Notes: a model not told the origin generated them from the letters alone. A stretch of 64,000 nt of DNA from Octopus vulgaris (GCA_951406725.2 OX597815.1:194308001-194372000), one strand, 5' to 3'. Counted from the first letter of the stretch, positions 13,775 to 28,265 are shown. Program-made: numbers and translations.

Positions 13775-14079
13775 CTAAAAATAAGGGTGTCTGAGAGACC
13801 ACCGAAATAGCAGTCAAATCCCTGACTCTAAAAGCCACGTTAAATGTTCATATCGCACCATGAGATAAGACAGAGGGACAAAATAGACTAGCAGTCTTAT
13901 CTCATGGTGCGATATGAACATTTAACGTGGTTTTTAGAGTCAGGGATTTGACTGCTATTTCGGCATGGTGGTGTCTCTGAGACACCCTTATTTTTAGTTG
14001 TAAAAAAATTATTACCTTTGTATGGTATTTTTCCCATGCTGGCCACTTAATAATATCGATATTTAAATATCGATATTAT

Positions 14080-14081
<2 letters not shown>
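13771..14081. mobile_element. (TA)n-flanked palindromic element, probable Penelope-like inverted terminus
   Basis: Arms 13773-13871 / 13894-13999 with (TA)n on both sides; terminal motif shared with the 36010-36100 element. Confidence 0.55.
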
Positions 14082-14127
<46 letters not shown>

Positions 14128-14128
<1 letters not shown>

Positions 14129-15037
14129 GGAACAAAAACGCAATAGAGGACAATAAAAAACATTCGGACTGATAGATGATACAAAGGCGGACAGGAAAAC
14201 CAACAATTAGAAGGACAAGCAAAAGAAAAAAGACGGGGCATTTGTGACCTTCTTTCCTCAGTCAAGTGCCAGACGTCACGACCATTTCGGGTAGTTATAC
14301 TTAAGATGTTTCGATCTGGTTGCCCCGGCAAAAGTCTAAGCCAAGAGCATTAGATCCCTTTGTAAGAAAGCTAGTGAATGTGTACGGCAACAAAGACAAA
14401 AAACCCCGGATAACATGATACACAATTACGAATACAAACAACAAGAAATAACAACAGGTGTCTTTCGACTGAGAACAAAGCAAATTGAGCTGGCGTGTAT
14501 GAAGTGAATGCCTAAAGGCAGGAACATAGGAGATGGACATAAAAGGTGTTGGCGGTCAGCGGTCAGGCCAAGAAAGAAAGATCATGGCTGGCCGAACACT
14601 GGTCTCGTGGAAGGAGGAGAGATGGGTAGGGGACAGTGGGATTGAAGGATTAGAAAAGAAAATCAGAGACAAAGAGAAAGGTACAGGGGAAATAAACGAG
14701 TGGGAAATAGTGGGAGGTAAAGAAAGTGAGGGCCCAAAAATGTGAGACAAAGAAAAAAGAAAGAAAGTTAGACGGGGGACTAAAAGATAGAGTAAGAGTC
14801 GTACAAAATTTAGATACATACCTACTTTAAGGTGAGCACAAGTGTATACGTGCGCCGCTATATGTATATATAAATATAAAACTTGGAACAAAAACGCAAT
14901 AGAGGACAATAAAAACATTCGGACCGATAGATGATACAAAGGCGGACAAGAGAAACAACAATTAGAAGGACAGGGAAAAAAAAGACTGGTCGCTCGTGGC
15001 CTTCTTTCCTTAGTCAAGTGCCAGACGTCACGACCAT
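14128..15037 (-). mobile_element. (TA)n-adjacent element with about 155-bp direct repeats (Penelope-like pseudo-LTR arrangement?)
   Basis: 14128-14286 is repeated at 14885-15037 around a purine-rich spacer. The class assignment is inference. Confidence 0.45.
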
Positions 15038-15088
15038 TACTCCATGTTGTTGTTTTGCATATATAATAAAATAAATATATAAAATAAA

Positions 15089-15320
15089 TGCGCCCTTTTA
15101 AAGCCTAGCCAGGCTCATGGGCCCGGTTTCCTGGTTTCTATGGCGTATGTGTTCCCCAGCTGAACACAACGTTACTCGTTTTTGCCAGCTGAGTGGGCAG
15201 GAGCAACGTGAAATGAAGTGTTTTGCTCAAGAACACAACGCGCCGCCCAGTCTAGGAATCGAAACCACAATCTTCCGATCACGATGCTGACACCCTAACC
15301 ACTAAGCCACGCGTCTCCAC
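15089..15320 (-). mobile_element. CORE-like SINE (family B head, tail Y)
   Basis: Minus: TGGCTTAGTGG, GGTTTCGATTCC, TTCTTGAGCAAAACAC, tail ...cccatgagcctggctaggctttaaaagggcgcat. Confidence 0.8.
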
Positions 15321-15429
15321 AAAATAAGTATATACAAATTATAAAAATAATTAAAAAAATATACAGTACCGTACTGTTTCTACTTCGCGGGGTTTTTCGG
15401 ACATAACACCTGCGATAATCGAGGGACTA

Positions 15430-15479
<50 letters not shown>

Positions 15480-16157
15480 GCAAATAATTTTTAGGGGAGC
15501 CTGTGTATTTGAATGACAATTTTGAAAAGCTCTCCTTTGACTAGAAGCCAAAGATTTTGAACGATTATTATTTCCTGTGAATTGGAAGGTTCTGTTATGG
15601 TCGTAATCCAATTTTCATGGATGCAATGCTCCAGCGCCTTGTCATACTAAAACCGATAGTTTATATCAGTAAAATGACAAGTGCGTCATAACATGGAATA
15701 AATTTATCTTCAAGGATTGAAATATATTTCTGGGTATTATTATTGCAGCTCAATATGGATAGAATCGCGAAACCACGATTAATAAGTAATACAGCCTTAA
15801 ACGAAAGTAAATACACATCTCTGGTGATCTCTTCACAAACACATGATGATTGAAGCCAAGACGGGAAGCCTCTACGCCGGCGCTTTTCAATGTGAGTCCT
15901 GAGAACTAAGATTCTGTGAAAAAAATTTGAGGTTCCGTTAGGTAATGAGTCTTTTAGAAATGCACCAGATATTATTGCCTGAAAAAATTGTATTTATTTT
16001 GAGAATAATTAGTTTTTTTTTCTACATATATGAACAATTTCTCTCAAATAGTTTTTTGTTTAATTTAATGTGATATTAAATATGATATGTCGGGGGTTTC
16101 TTTAAATTATAGAGATGGGTCCGCGATTATCGCAAAATCGTATTTGCGTGCCATGCA

Positions 16158-16220
<63 letters not shown>

Positions 16221-17399
16221 CGTGTGTATCTTTGTGTTAGCATCCATCCATTACTACTATATAATCCAGCCGGGTTTCGGCAAAAGACAAACAGAATAAA
16301 TACTTGACTTTAAAAAAAAATGAGTACAGGAGTCAGTTCGTTTAAGTAAAAACCCGTCAAGGTGTTGCCCCAGCATGGCTACGGTCAAATAACTGAAGCA
16401 ATTGAAAGCTATAAGGAAGATACACTGTGACTCAAGCTGCACTATACAAAATATTATATTTCCTTTCAAAGAAGAGGATGTGTTATAGGAAAGAGATTCG
16501 ACTATTATTTTAAGCAGGTCGAACGATCACGTAGAGACTCTGTAGTTGGCTGATGGTAAGATTCTGGTAGACAACACACAATTTCACCATCTCGGTTATT
16601 TTTGGAACTTAAGTCGTTTAGAAATGGCTTTATCACTATCACCTAGACGCTAACGGGTTTATAAAAACAGCAGAGTGGGATGTAATAGCTCTTTCAAATC
16701 GATTTCTGATGGTATTAACTGTATCAATAAAATTTAAGAACTAAGATCTAAGAAGAAAATTATTCCCCGAACATGTCCGTACGTTCCTTCGTTAATTTCT
16801 TTTATCTTTTGTTTACTGTTCTCTTCTTTTCTAAGTCCCTCATTACTTTGAAAGAAATAGATTATTTAGATTTTTTTCCTCTGCCATTTAAACATGCTGC
16901 TATGATTTACCTCTTCCTAGGTTTATTTATTATCGTCCAATATAAAGAGCACTAAGTTTGTCAGTTGCTATCTATCCTTCAGTCAGATACCGTCTGCGTA
17001 TTTATCTCTCACTCACTGCGCCCCCTACATCGTTCTAATGAACTACCAATGTAAATAAGTGTAAGGGGTTTTATGGTAACTGGCTTTGATATCTCGCTAG
17101 GTTTTATTGCCGACCGACTTGCTAACCAGAAAAGCACGATGGCACGCATTCAAATTTGCAGATGCTGAAAGCAACAGTTGTGAATGAATGCAATACAAGT
17201 GAAAGTTGTCATTTTGTATTTTTCTTTTAAGATCTTTTATTGCAGAAGCGAGAAAATTTATTAGAATTATTGGCTGATTTCAGAATGTCTATTGAGCCAA
17301 CATCTTCGCATCTACATCTTGGTAATGAAAAGATTTCTTCCAAGAATTTATTGCTACTGTACGTTAATGAGAACAACTTTGTGTCTGTGCATGTGTATA

Positions 17400-17465
<66 letters not shown>

Positions 17466-17586
17466 TACATATATATATACATATATATATATATACACAT
17501 TATATATATATTATATATGTATATATGTACGTGTGTGTATATATATATATGTATGTATATGCATACATACATATATACATACATAC

Positions 17587-17652
<66 letters not shown>

Positions 17653-17660
17653 CATACACC

Positions 17661-17880
17661 TTGGGGGCTACAGCTTAGTGGTTAGAGTATTGGGCTCATG
17701 ATCTTAGGACTGTAGTTTCGATTCCTGTACCGAGTTGTATTCTTGAGCAGAACACTTCACTTCGTGTTGCTTCAGTCCACTCAGTTGGCAAAAACGAATA
17801 ATCCTGCGACGGGTATCTCGTCCAATGGGAGTAGGGAGTATATGCATCACAGAACCCGGAGAAAGCGGGCTTATGATTCA
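17661..17880 (+). mobile_element. CORE-like SINE (family B, degenerate tail Y)
   Basis: gcttagtggttag, gtttcgattcc, ttcttgagcagaacac, cagtccactcag. Confidence 0.7.
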
Positions 17881-17884
17881 GGAG

Positions 17885-18782
<898 letters not shown>

Positions 18783-19474
18783 AGGGATGACCTGTAAGTG
18801 AACATCCATTATACTAGAAGAAGATCCGCTAGGGTCTTACCACTAAGAAAAGAATGTTCTCAAGAAAATTTAGCAAACGCCAGAACGTAAGCGAGCAAGA
18901 CAAATGAAAAGATACAAAATATAGATTAATCACGAACCTGGTTTCTTTGTTATCGCTTACGTAATCATTTACGTAATTGTCTGCAACACATCAGTGTGAT
19001 CGTCTTTGCAAATATAATTTGCAGAACTATACCCGGGACGTCCGCTTGAGATTGAACATGTATACAGTTCTACCAATTACACTTGGGGTCACCTTTCCTC
19101 TTATGTGTATGTAATATAATTTTTTCTGAAACTTCAGATTTTTCAATTGATATTAATCAAATTAATATTCAATTTTTCACCCTTATTATTTTAAATTTAA
19201 ATTTAAATAGCTATGTTCTCTAATTGGCAAAATTCACTGCAGAGAATTATTTTCTGCAGAATTATTTCCGGTAGTTTGGCGCGCCAAAACGAAGACACGT
19301 GTGTAATGCATGATTATCTGAAATGATTTAGGTCATTTTTGTGCATTGTATGAAGACTAAGATACTTTTTGAAGAAGATACTAGCTTATTCTTTTCTACT
19401 TTAGGCACAAGGCCCGAAATTTTTGGGGAGGAGGCCAGTCGATTATATCGACCCCAGTGCACAACTGGTATACT

Positions 19475-20080
19475 GACAGTAAATAGTTAATGCTGTTGAA
19501 TTGGTTGAATCTGCATTATCTTCGATTTCAATAACATTGAACCACGTGATAACTATGTTATTATTTCATTGGTTCAAATTCGTTGACTTGCGTATGTCGT
19601 CAGCTTTTACTTTAGCTAAGATCGTTGTACTCACTATTTTAAAATTCCTTTTAGCAGGATTAATGAATTTACATTTACGAAAATTTTTGAGAATGTTTTT
19701 ATCGCCCATCTGTTCAAATAAAAATTGTTTTCACTGCGGTATTTAAGTTTATCTTGGCTGTTATATTTTGTGGCTTTCTGTTGTCCTTCGGTGTTGGTTT
19801 CCAAATATTTGTTGCTATTGGTTGTTACGTGAGGATTTCCTAAGCTGTTGTATGCATAAAATCCTTGTTTCATTTGCAAATATAAATTTAGATTTTATCA
19901 GGTTTTTAAAATCTGAGATTATCTTTCGTAGGGGATCATTCGTGCTGGTTTAAATTCTACAGTTCTTATTAAACTAAAGAGATAATCTTCGTACGTCTCC
20001 AAGTAATTCTTTTGCTGTACGTTCGAGATTTCAATCAGAGACTGTTTTTTCCATCTGTAATATTGTTAACACTATTGTCG
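19475..20080 (-). pseudogene. Decayed Penelope-like element ORF fragment (region N-terminal to or at the start of the RT)
   Basis: Minus-strand pieces EDYLFSLIRTVEFKP, DFKNLIKSKFIFA and KCKFINPAKRNFKIVSTTILAKV...NLNQ*NNNIVITWFNVIE match the recalled PLE motif CRLINPAK..G..SK.IL...NQW.NT..VI.WF; multiple stops and frameshifts. Confidence 0.65.
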
Positions 20081-20287
20081 TAGAAACAAGCTTTGTATTG
20101 CAGACATATTACCACACTGCCTGTCTTCTCGAGGAATGCTTCGGGAGTGATTATACTGGGTGGAACTGGAATACTTAGTCATCGAGTTGTACACATTTCT
20201 TGTTTGTATTGTTTGTTTCCGAGTTCACATATGGTGTTTTTGTGCTTTCACATGCTCAGCCACCGTGTTGGGACAATTACGTCTTTC

Positions 20288-20362
20288 ATTTATTGACGTA
20301 TTTCATTTATTGACGTCTTTAATTTATTGACGTCTTTCATTTATTGACGTCTTTAATTTATT
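20288..20362. repeat. 17-bp tandem repeat, about 4 copies (TTTATTGACGTCTTTCA)
   Basis: Directly visible. Confidence 0.85.
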
Positions 20363-20824
20363 TTGGGGCACAAAAACACGAATGTTCGCTCAATACATCG
20401 TGTTAGACATGTGTTAAACGGGATACATGTTTATGTATAAGGGAAATTTGAATTACATTTCTACACCACAGTACTCTCGACAAAGAACTGAGAATTTAAA
20501 AATACCCGGAAAGATTGATTATCTCAACAGCAAACTAATTTCTTTTTGATGGAACATGACTAATTTTAAAAATTTATCGAGAATTAACTTCCTCTCCCGA
20601 TACAAGATAAATGACAGTTGCTTCAACGACAACGTGATCAGATGAAAACGCTGTTAACACACTTAACTTCATTACCAGTCATTTATTCTCAATTCGCTGA
20701 TGTGTACAGTTGATCAAAAGACCATTTGAACTAAATTGGGATTTGGCGGTGTAAACACTGTTTATCTCACAAATGAATAAATCCACGCAGAGTACAATTA
20801 TATTCATATATATTATACATTTAA

Positions 20825-20881
<57 letters not shown>

Positions 20882-20948
20882 AATTGTTTTTGCGTAATAA
20901 GATAAAAAACCAAGGCTGTGTAGATATTAGAACATTAATAGATAGAAG

Positions 20949-21000
20949 GTCTTACAGCTGTTTCTAGGATATTTATTAATTATATCCTTTCATCGGAGAC
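20949..21000 (-). ncRNA. Type-I hammerhead motif with U4C core variant
   Basis: Minus: gucu-CCGAUGA-aaggauau(aauuaauaa)auauccua-GAA-ACAGCUGU-A-agac. Palindromic stem III, GUA site, about 70 bp from a (TA)n tract. Confidence 0.6.
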
Positions 21001-21160
21001 GGTGTGAGAGGATAGTTAAGCATAGTTAGTTTAGATGTGATACAAAATAGAGAGTAAGGTGGAGGAAAGAAAATAGATGCTTGATATGTATGGGTATTGA
21101 AATTGTAAATCCACTTTTTAGTCATAATGGTATATATGTAATATTCCAATAACCCTATAA

Positions 21161-21215
<55 letters not shown>

Positions 21216-21438
21216 AACCTTATGATACGTGTCTGTGAACATGCGCGTGTATGTCAATGTATATTTGTATATGTGTGTGAGTGTGGGTGCGTGTAATGTT
21301 TTATTGAAGCTCAAGAATTTCACAAACTGTTACTCAGAGTTGCAGATAACCGACCTTGAACAATACAGTAGTTTAATAAATGTTTATAAAAGGTGCAGTG
21401 GTAATTATTTAGTAACTCCTCAGAGAAACATTAAAAGC

Positions 21439-21549
21439 TGATTGGACAGGTGGGAGGTGTTATTGCTTTTCAAAATTACTAGAATCCGTTATCATTTTCA
21501 TGCAGGTAATTCCAGTAATTTTGAAAAGCCATAATCCCCTGTCCAATCA
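21439..21549. repeat. Imperfect inverted repeat
   Basis: tgattggacagg...ttattgcttttcaaaattactagaat pairs with attccagtaattttgaaaagccataa...cctgtccaatca. Confidence 0.7.
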
Positions 21550-21992
21550 TTGCACAAGTTATAAACATTTGTAATCCATTTTAATGTTCCAAACGTTCGC
21601 TTCTGTCTAATGATCGGTTAAGTGAAATTCTGAGTAAAAATAGTTTTGCCGATTTCCATTAAACCAATCTTGCGTCATGTCGTTATAATGTCGATAACTA
21701 CTGGTTTACTTTCATACACTGTGCAATTTATTTTTCACAGCGCAAGGCGGTATCAACTTTTGAAACAACACCACAGATTTGTTTTTACAATCTTTCCAAC
21801 CAAGGATACAACGCATGAAAAATAATCAATGACAGAGTATGATAGAGTGGTTGTATAATGTCAACATAACGTGACAGTCCCGTAAAGGGAATTACACCAC
21901 CACTATATAGCCCTAGGAAGCATCGATGCTTCCTGTCGGCTTTGACACATTTCCTGTGTCCTTATATTTGCGAAGGGGAGGCAAGCACCCCC

Positions 21993-22074
21993 ACCAGCTA
22001 GGACTAGCAACCTGAAGACATGCATGTTTCTGGGTTTTGCCCGTCATCAGTCCAGGGTAGCGAGTCCTGCTAGT
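21993..22074 (-). ncRNA. Type-I hammerhead ribozyme with extended stem I
   Basis: Minus: ccugga-CUGAUGA-cggg(caaaa)ccca-GAA-ACAUGCAUGU-C-uucagg (22011-22056), GUC site. Stem I extends via aggacu/aguccu and acuagc/gcuggu. Confidence 0.85.
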
Positions 22075-22109
22075 TGAGATACATGCCAAGCCTTCGCAAA
22101 TATATTTTC

Positions 22110-22341
22110 TCTTTCTCTTTTCTCTTTTACTTGTTTTAGTCATTTGACTGCGGCCATGCTGGAGCACCGCCTTTAGTCGAGCAAATCGACCCCGGGACTT
22201 ATTCTTTGTAAGCCCAGTACTTATTCTATCAGTTTCTTTTGCCGAACCGCTAAGTGACGGGGACGTAAACACACCAGCATCGGTTGTCAAGCAATGCTAG
22301 GGGGACAAACACAGACACACAAACACACACACACACACACA

Positions 22342-22403
<62 letters not shown>

Positions 22404-22653
22404 TTAGATAAAACTTAGATATGTTTCGACCAGAGATTGGTCCAGGCCATGTCTAACTTAATAATATATATATATATATATATACATATATACGACAGGC
22501 TTCTTTCAGTTTCCGTCTACCAAATCCACTCACAAGGCATTGGTCGGCCCGGGGCTATAGCAGAAGACACTTGCCCAAGATGCCACGCAGTGGGACTGAA
22601 CCCGGAACCATGTGGTTGTTTTGCAAGCTACTTACTACACAGCCACTCCTGCG

Positions 22654-22655
<2 letters not shown>
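22110..22655 (-). mobile_element. Family C SINE (tRNA-like head, CORE-like segment, internal microsatellite, LINE-like tail)
   Basis: ggcgcaggagtggctgtgt..., gggttcagtccc, cttgggcaagtgtctt, internal (TA)/(TG) tract, tail ggcggtgctccagcatggccgcagtcaaatgact. A short foreign segment sits in the TA tract at about 22399-22462. Confidence 0.9.
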
Positions 22656-22733
<78 letters not shown>

Positions 22734-23414
22734 CAGTGAAATCTATTCACTGGTCACCGTAATAATACTTTATTACAAAACACAATATCCAAAACACAAA
22801 CTAAAATGTCCTTGATTCTAATTGCCTTTCGTTTAATTCCTATGAACTCTGACGTAATTCATAACCAATATTTTCTAGCATGGCACACTGGAGTGAGTAG
22901 TGCAATCATGATTAGAAAATTCCGAGACGCAGATTCCATTCTCGACTGTTATATAAATTCATTTAACTAACATCACCAATATTTCTGTATAAAAACTTAA
23001 TTTCTCACTTTTGTATATACACCGCGAATGTACGATGCCTCGAATGTACTATGCATGCATTTCACGCCAAATTCAAGCACGATAAGGTCAAATTTAGCAT
23101 AATGTGTGAATGTATTAGACTAGAATGGTTTCCATACCATTTTGTTATCAGTCAGAATTCTAATTCTTTTGGCAAATTTGGTTAGTTGGAAAGAATTAGT
23201 GCGAATAGCAGTGGAATATGAAGGTGTCAATAAGATTAACCTCTTTTCGATGGTTCTAGGATTAACACTCATTAAATACATACATACGTACGTACTTACA
23301 TACATACATACATACATAATACAAACACACAAACACACACACACACACACACACACATATATGTACACACACACACACATACACATATGTCTTCAAGTCA
23401 TTATTTTGCTGTGA

Positions 23415-23943
23415 GCACGCGTGGTAAGTAGCTTGCTTACCAATCACATTGTTCCGGGTTCACTCCCACCGCGTGGCACCTTGGGCAAGTGTCTTCTACT
23501 ACAGCCTCGGGCCGACCAAAGCCTTCTGAGTGGATTTGGTAGATGGAATCTGAAAGGTGACTTGTTTCAGTCATTTAACTGTGGCCATACTGGAGGTCCG
23601 CCTTAAAGGGTTTTAGTCGAAGAAATCGACCCCAGGACTTAATCTTTGTAAGGCTAGTATTTATTCTATCAGGCACCTCTGTCGAACTGCTAAGTTACGG
23701 GGACGTAAACACACCATTATCAATTGTCAAGCAGTGGTGGGGGATAAATAGACGCAAAGACACACGCACACACACTCACACACACAGATATATTTGACGG
23801 GATTCTTATAGTTTCCGTCAATAAATCCACTCACAAGGCTTTGGTCAGCTCGGGGCTATACTAGAAAATACATGAACAAGGTCCCACCTGTGAGACTGAG
23901 CCCGGAACCATGTGGTTTGGAAGCAAGCTTCTTACCACATACC
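23415..23943. mobile_element. Family C SINE 5' half (+) fused to a family C SINE (-)
   Basis: 23415-23555 is the head on the plus strand; 23560-23943 is tail-to-head on the minus strand. Confidence 0.75.
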
Positions 23944-24718
23944 TATAAATATATATATATACACACACATACATATACTCACGCACATACGTACACACAC
24001 ATATATATGAGTATACATATATGTATATATATATGCATGTATGTATATATAAGAAGCCGATACTAAACCAACATCGGGAAGGAACGTGGAAACTGCTATT
24101 AAAAAATAAAATTACTAAAACAACAACCCCTTAAAATATCCGAACCAATTTACCAGATTCTTATAAAGTATGCGTTTCTGAATAAACAAGGAAAACGTCT
24201 AGTTGGCTTATAATGATATTTTCATTTTACGAACTATTTGGTGCTCATTAGAAAGTACTTTTAAAACATACTTTACCTATGACCGACCGTTTCTATCGAA
24301 ACGATTTTGTTCTTTATTTAACGTTGAATGCGGAAGGACGAAATTTGGAATATTCATGTGAGAAGGATAGAATTAATAAAATGAAAGGAATGTGTTAGAA
24401 ATCTGTTCCGATTGACAGCTGTGTTGGTCTAAGAACCACTAGATCTCACGGTTAAATGTGTGGTTCTTTGAAGCAATCTCATTATAAATTTCACTCTTTT
24501 TTTTTGTTTGCGGGGGTGGCTTGTGTTCCGATGTTATCGGAGTTTAGTAATTCATTTTAAACACACGTTCTATGAAGTGTATGTAACTGTGTACACTCAC
24601 ACAGATACATACACTCGCTCGCACACACACATACACACACATATATACATATGTATGTGTGTATATATATGTGTATATATTGATAATGTATATATCTATA
24701 TGTATATACACACATACG

Positions 24719-24772
<54 letters not shown>

Positions 24773-24990
24773 TACAAATATATATATATATAATACATAT
24801 ATATATATTTATATATATAATACGTATACATAATACATATACACACACACACATATATATATATTTATATATATATATCAATATATATGTACATATATGT
24901 ACAAATATATATACATACATAGGCACACATATGTATATATATATGTGTGTATATATACGCATATATGTATATATATATGCGTATATATTC

Positions 24991-25032
<42 letters not shown>

Positions 25033-25967
25033 TCAAAGTGATCTTAAAATAATCAATGTGTTAATAAAGCGTAAAAATCTATCAGAAAAGATGTTGAACC
25101 GCATGCATATTATTGACACATATGATATATATTTTCGTCTAGACATGAATAAATATTTATACTTTATCCAATTAAAAGTCAGGTAATTATTTAGAAAAAA
25201 ACAATTAGGCGTTAATTTGTGGCGAGAAGCTCACAAATGCAAAACAAATATTACTATAAATCATTGGTTTAAATGATTTATTCCTAAAATATTGATTTCT
25301 AACACAGCCATAAAACCAGAAATTTACAAAGAGGGTATACTTAAATAGAATAAAGCCTGTTTGATTGGTTATCGATCGCGGGAAGATAAATGGCAAAGTT
25401 CATTTTATTAGGGTCAGGGGTCAGAATGTAAAGAACTGTAACTAGACACCACGTACAATTCTCTCCGATTCTCTACTGATTCTGCATATTCTTCAGTCAG
25501 ATCTTTATTTCCTTTAATCACATTGATACGATTTTAAAACAGCAAATTTGAAAGGAGCGTTAATCTATTCAACCAGTAAAATGTTGTAAGTGAAAAGTAA
25601 AGCAAGTGGATCTTCGTCAGTTTCGACGATGACTATTCCTGTTGTTCGGTCAGTGAACTATTTCCTCATTAAATTTTAATGAAAATGACCGAGTATTTCA
25701 CAGATACTTGTCACCTCAATATAATCATACATAATCATCACTCAAAATTATCGTGTCTGAGCGTGTGAAAAGATGTGGCTTTGAAACATAGGTACAGTCT
25801 ATTAGATATGATTTCATACTTTTCTCTCAACTCATTTTTGCTTAGATGTCTTGAGTCGATAGAGATTATTATAAAAAATACTTGGCCAAGGCGCTACGCA
25901 ATGGAATACACAAAACCTCATGGTTAAAAAACATTTCACCATGTTTAAAACATACTTCCATAGATAT

Positions 25968-26152
25968 AGGCGCAGGAGTGGCTGTGCGGTAAGTAGCTTG
26001 TTTACCACCACATGGTTCCGGGTTCAGTCCCACTGCGTGGCACCTTGGTCAAGTGTCTTCTACTATAGCCTTGGGCCGACCAAAGCCTTGTGAGTGGATT
26101 TGGTAGACTGAAACTGAAAGAAGCCCGTCGTATATATGTATATATATATACA

Positions 26153-26214
<62 letters not shown>

Positions 26215-26420
26215 GTATGTTTGTGTGTCTGTGTTTGTCCCCCTAGCATTGCTTGGCAACCGATGCTGGTGTGTTTATGTCCCCGTTACTTATCCCCGAT
26301 AGAATAAGTACTGTGCTTACAAAAGAATAAGTCCCGGGGTCGAGTTGCTCGATTAAAGGCGGTGCTCCGGCATGGCCACAGTCAAATGACTGAAACAAGT
26401 AAAAGAGTAAGTAAAAGAGA
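25968..26420 (+). mobile_element. Family C SINE
   Basis: Full head, internal (TA)n and tail, as at 22110-22655. Confidence 0.9.
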
Positions 26421-26928
26421 GATATGATTCGATGGCTTCAACTGGATTTTGGTCATTAAGAAAAAAATTTGAGCATAAGATATAATCATTACGGACAGAA
26501 CAATAACTGATGAGGTTTTACCTCGATTTTGATCGCTGTTGTTGTGCAACCGCGATTAAGAGCTCACGGAAAAGATCTCTACGATCACAAGCATTCCAAT
26601 CATGGCCATCTGATCTTATTTTCAAACTTTGTGACCAATGTATCTTTCGCTTTTGTTTAAAGATAACTTGGTGTGATTTGAGAAATGTATTTTAACTGCT
26701 GTTTCTAGCGGGTCGAATCACTATGTAAAGAATCTTTCACTGGCTCATATAGAGCTATGTAAGTTTTATTTGATTGAGAGTCAAATAATATCAAATAAGT
26801 TTGATAGATTGCTAGTTAAAACCACTGAGGTGAGGACGTGTGGGTATACCCCACCGTTGTTGCTACACCATATCGCTGAAAAACACGCATCACATTACAT
26901 TGTCCTCATTATCCAAATGATGTGCAAT

Positions 26929-27342
26929 ATACCTATTTCTTTACTACCCACAAGGGGCTAAACACAGAGGGGACAAACAAGGACAGACAATCGGATTAAA
27001 TCGATTATATCGACACCAGTGCGTAACTGGTAGTTAATTTATCGACCCCGAAAGGATGAAAGGCAAAGTCGACCTCGGCGGTATTTGAACTCAGAACGTA
27101 ACGGCAGACAAAATACCTATTTCTTTATTACCCACAAGGGGCTAAACATAGAGGGGACAAACAAGGACAGACATAGGTATTAAGTCGATTACATCGACCC
27201 CAGAGCATAACTGGTACTTAATTTATCGACCCCGAAAGGATGAAAGGCAAAGTCGACCTCGGCGGAATTTGAACTCAGAACGTAACGGCAGACAAAATAC
27301 CACTAGGAATTTCGCCCGGTGTGCTAACGTTTCTGCCAGCTA
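26929..27342 (-). mobile_element. SINE family D dimer (184-bp period)
   Basis: tacctatttc at 26930 and 27114; one head at about 27295-27342. Confidence 0.85.
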
Positions 27343-27387
27343 CCTCTTGATGCCTTTCAAGAGCCTTTCATTGCTTTCACTGAAATC

Positions 27388-27600
27388 GACCCGAGTTCAA
27401 ATTCCGCCGAGGTCGATTTTGCCTTTCATACTTTCGGGGTTGATAAAATTAAGTACCAGTTGAGCACTGGGGTCGATGTAATCGACTTAATTCTCACCTC
27501 TAACACGCTGGCCTAAATTAAAGTAGCAGTTGGCAACTGGGATCCATGTAATCGACTAACCCTCAAAACTCGGAATTGCTGGACTTGTGCCAAAATTTGA
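27388..27600 (+). mobile_element. Partial family D SINE, inverted relative to the adjacent dimer
   Basis: gagttcaaattccgccgaggtcgattttgcctttcat... Confidence 0.7.
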
Positions 27601-27685
27601 ACCTGTTTTATTTGACGGTACGTAACATCATTAGTTTTCAGTAATGGAGTAAAATTATAACCCTGGGTAATATTTAACTGTCAAC

Positions 27686-27978
27686 ATGGCGGCTTGTGAA
27701 AAACGACCGGTGTCCTGTGATGAAAAACAAAGGATTGTGTGCCTTCACCAAAAGGGCAAGCCAAACGTTCTGATAGCAAATACTGTAGGAAGTTCTAGAT
27801 ATGTTGTTCAACGAATTGTAGTTCGTTTCAAGTCATCAGGATAGATAGATGCTAAACTCCCAAACCGATAGACAGCGTAAAACTTCACCAAGACAGGATC
27901 GTATTATGGTTAGAATGTCACTGAAGGATAGGTTTAAGAGTGCTGCTGAGATATCCCGCAAGTTTAGCCCAACTTTCG
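27686..27978 (+). pseudogene. Tc1-family transposase N-terminal fragment
   Basis: MAACEKRPVSCDEKQRIVCLHQKGKPNVLIANTVGSSRYVVQRIVVRFKSSG* then frameshifted DRQRKTSPRQDRIMVRMSLKDRFKSAAEI: paired-like HTH plus a GRPRK-like linker; truncated at (TA)n. Confidence 0.8.
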
Positions 27979-28004
27979 ATATATATATATATATATATAC
28001 ATAT

Positions 28005-28168
28005 ATACGACGGGCTTCTCTCAGTTTCCGTCTACCAAATCAACTCACAAGGCTTTGGTTGGCCCAAGGCTATTGTAGAAGACACTTGCCCAAAGTGGCA
28101 TGCAGTGGGACAGAACCCGGAACCATGTGGTTGGTAAGCAAGCTACTTACCACACAGTCATTCCTGCA
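28005..28168 (-). mobile_element. Family C SINE 5' half
   Basis: Matches the head and core of family C. Confidence 0.8.
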
Positions 28169-28172
28169 TATA

Positions 28173-28265
<93 letters not shown>

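Noticed and set aside
14245-14315. Possible type-II hammerhead (GAAA...UC...CUGAGGA on the minus strand)
   Set aside because: Stem I and stem II cannot be paired convincingly.
27820-27842. CUGAUGA-cuu-GAAA on the minus strand
   Set aside because: No stem II is possible; it lies within the Tc1 coding remnant.
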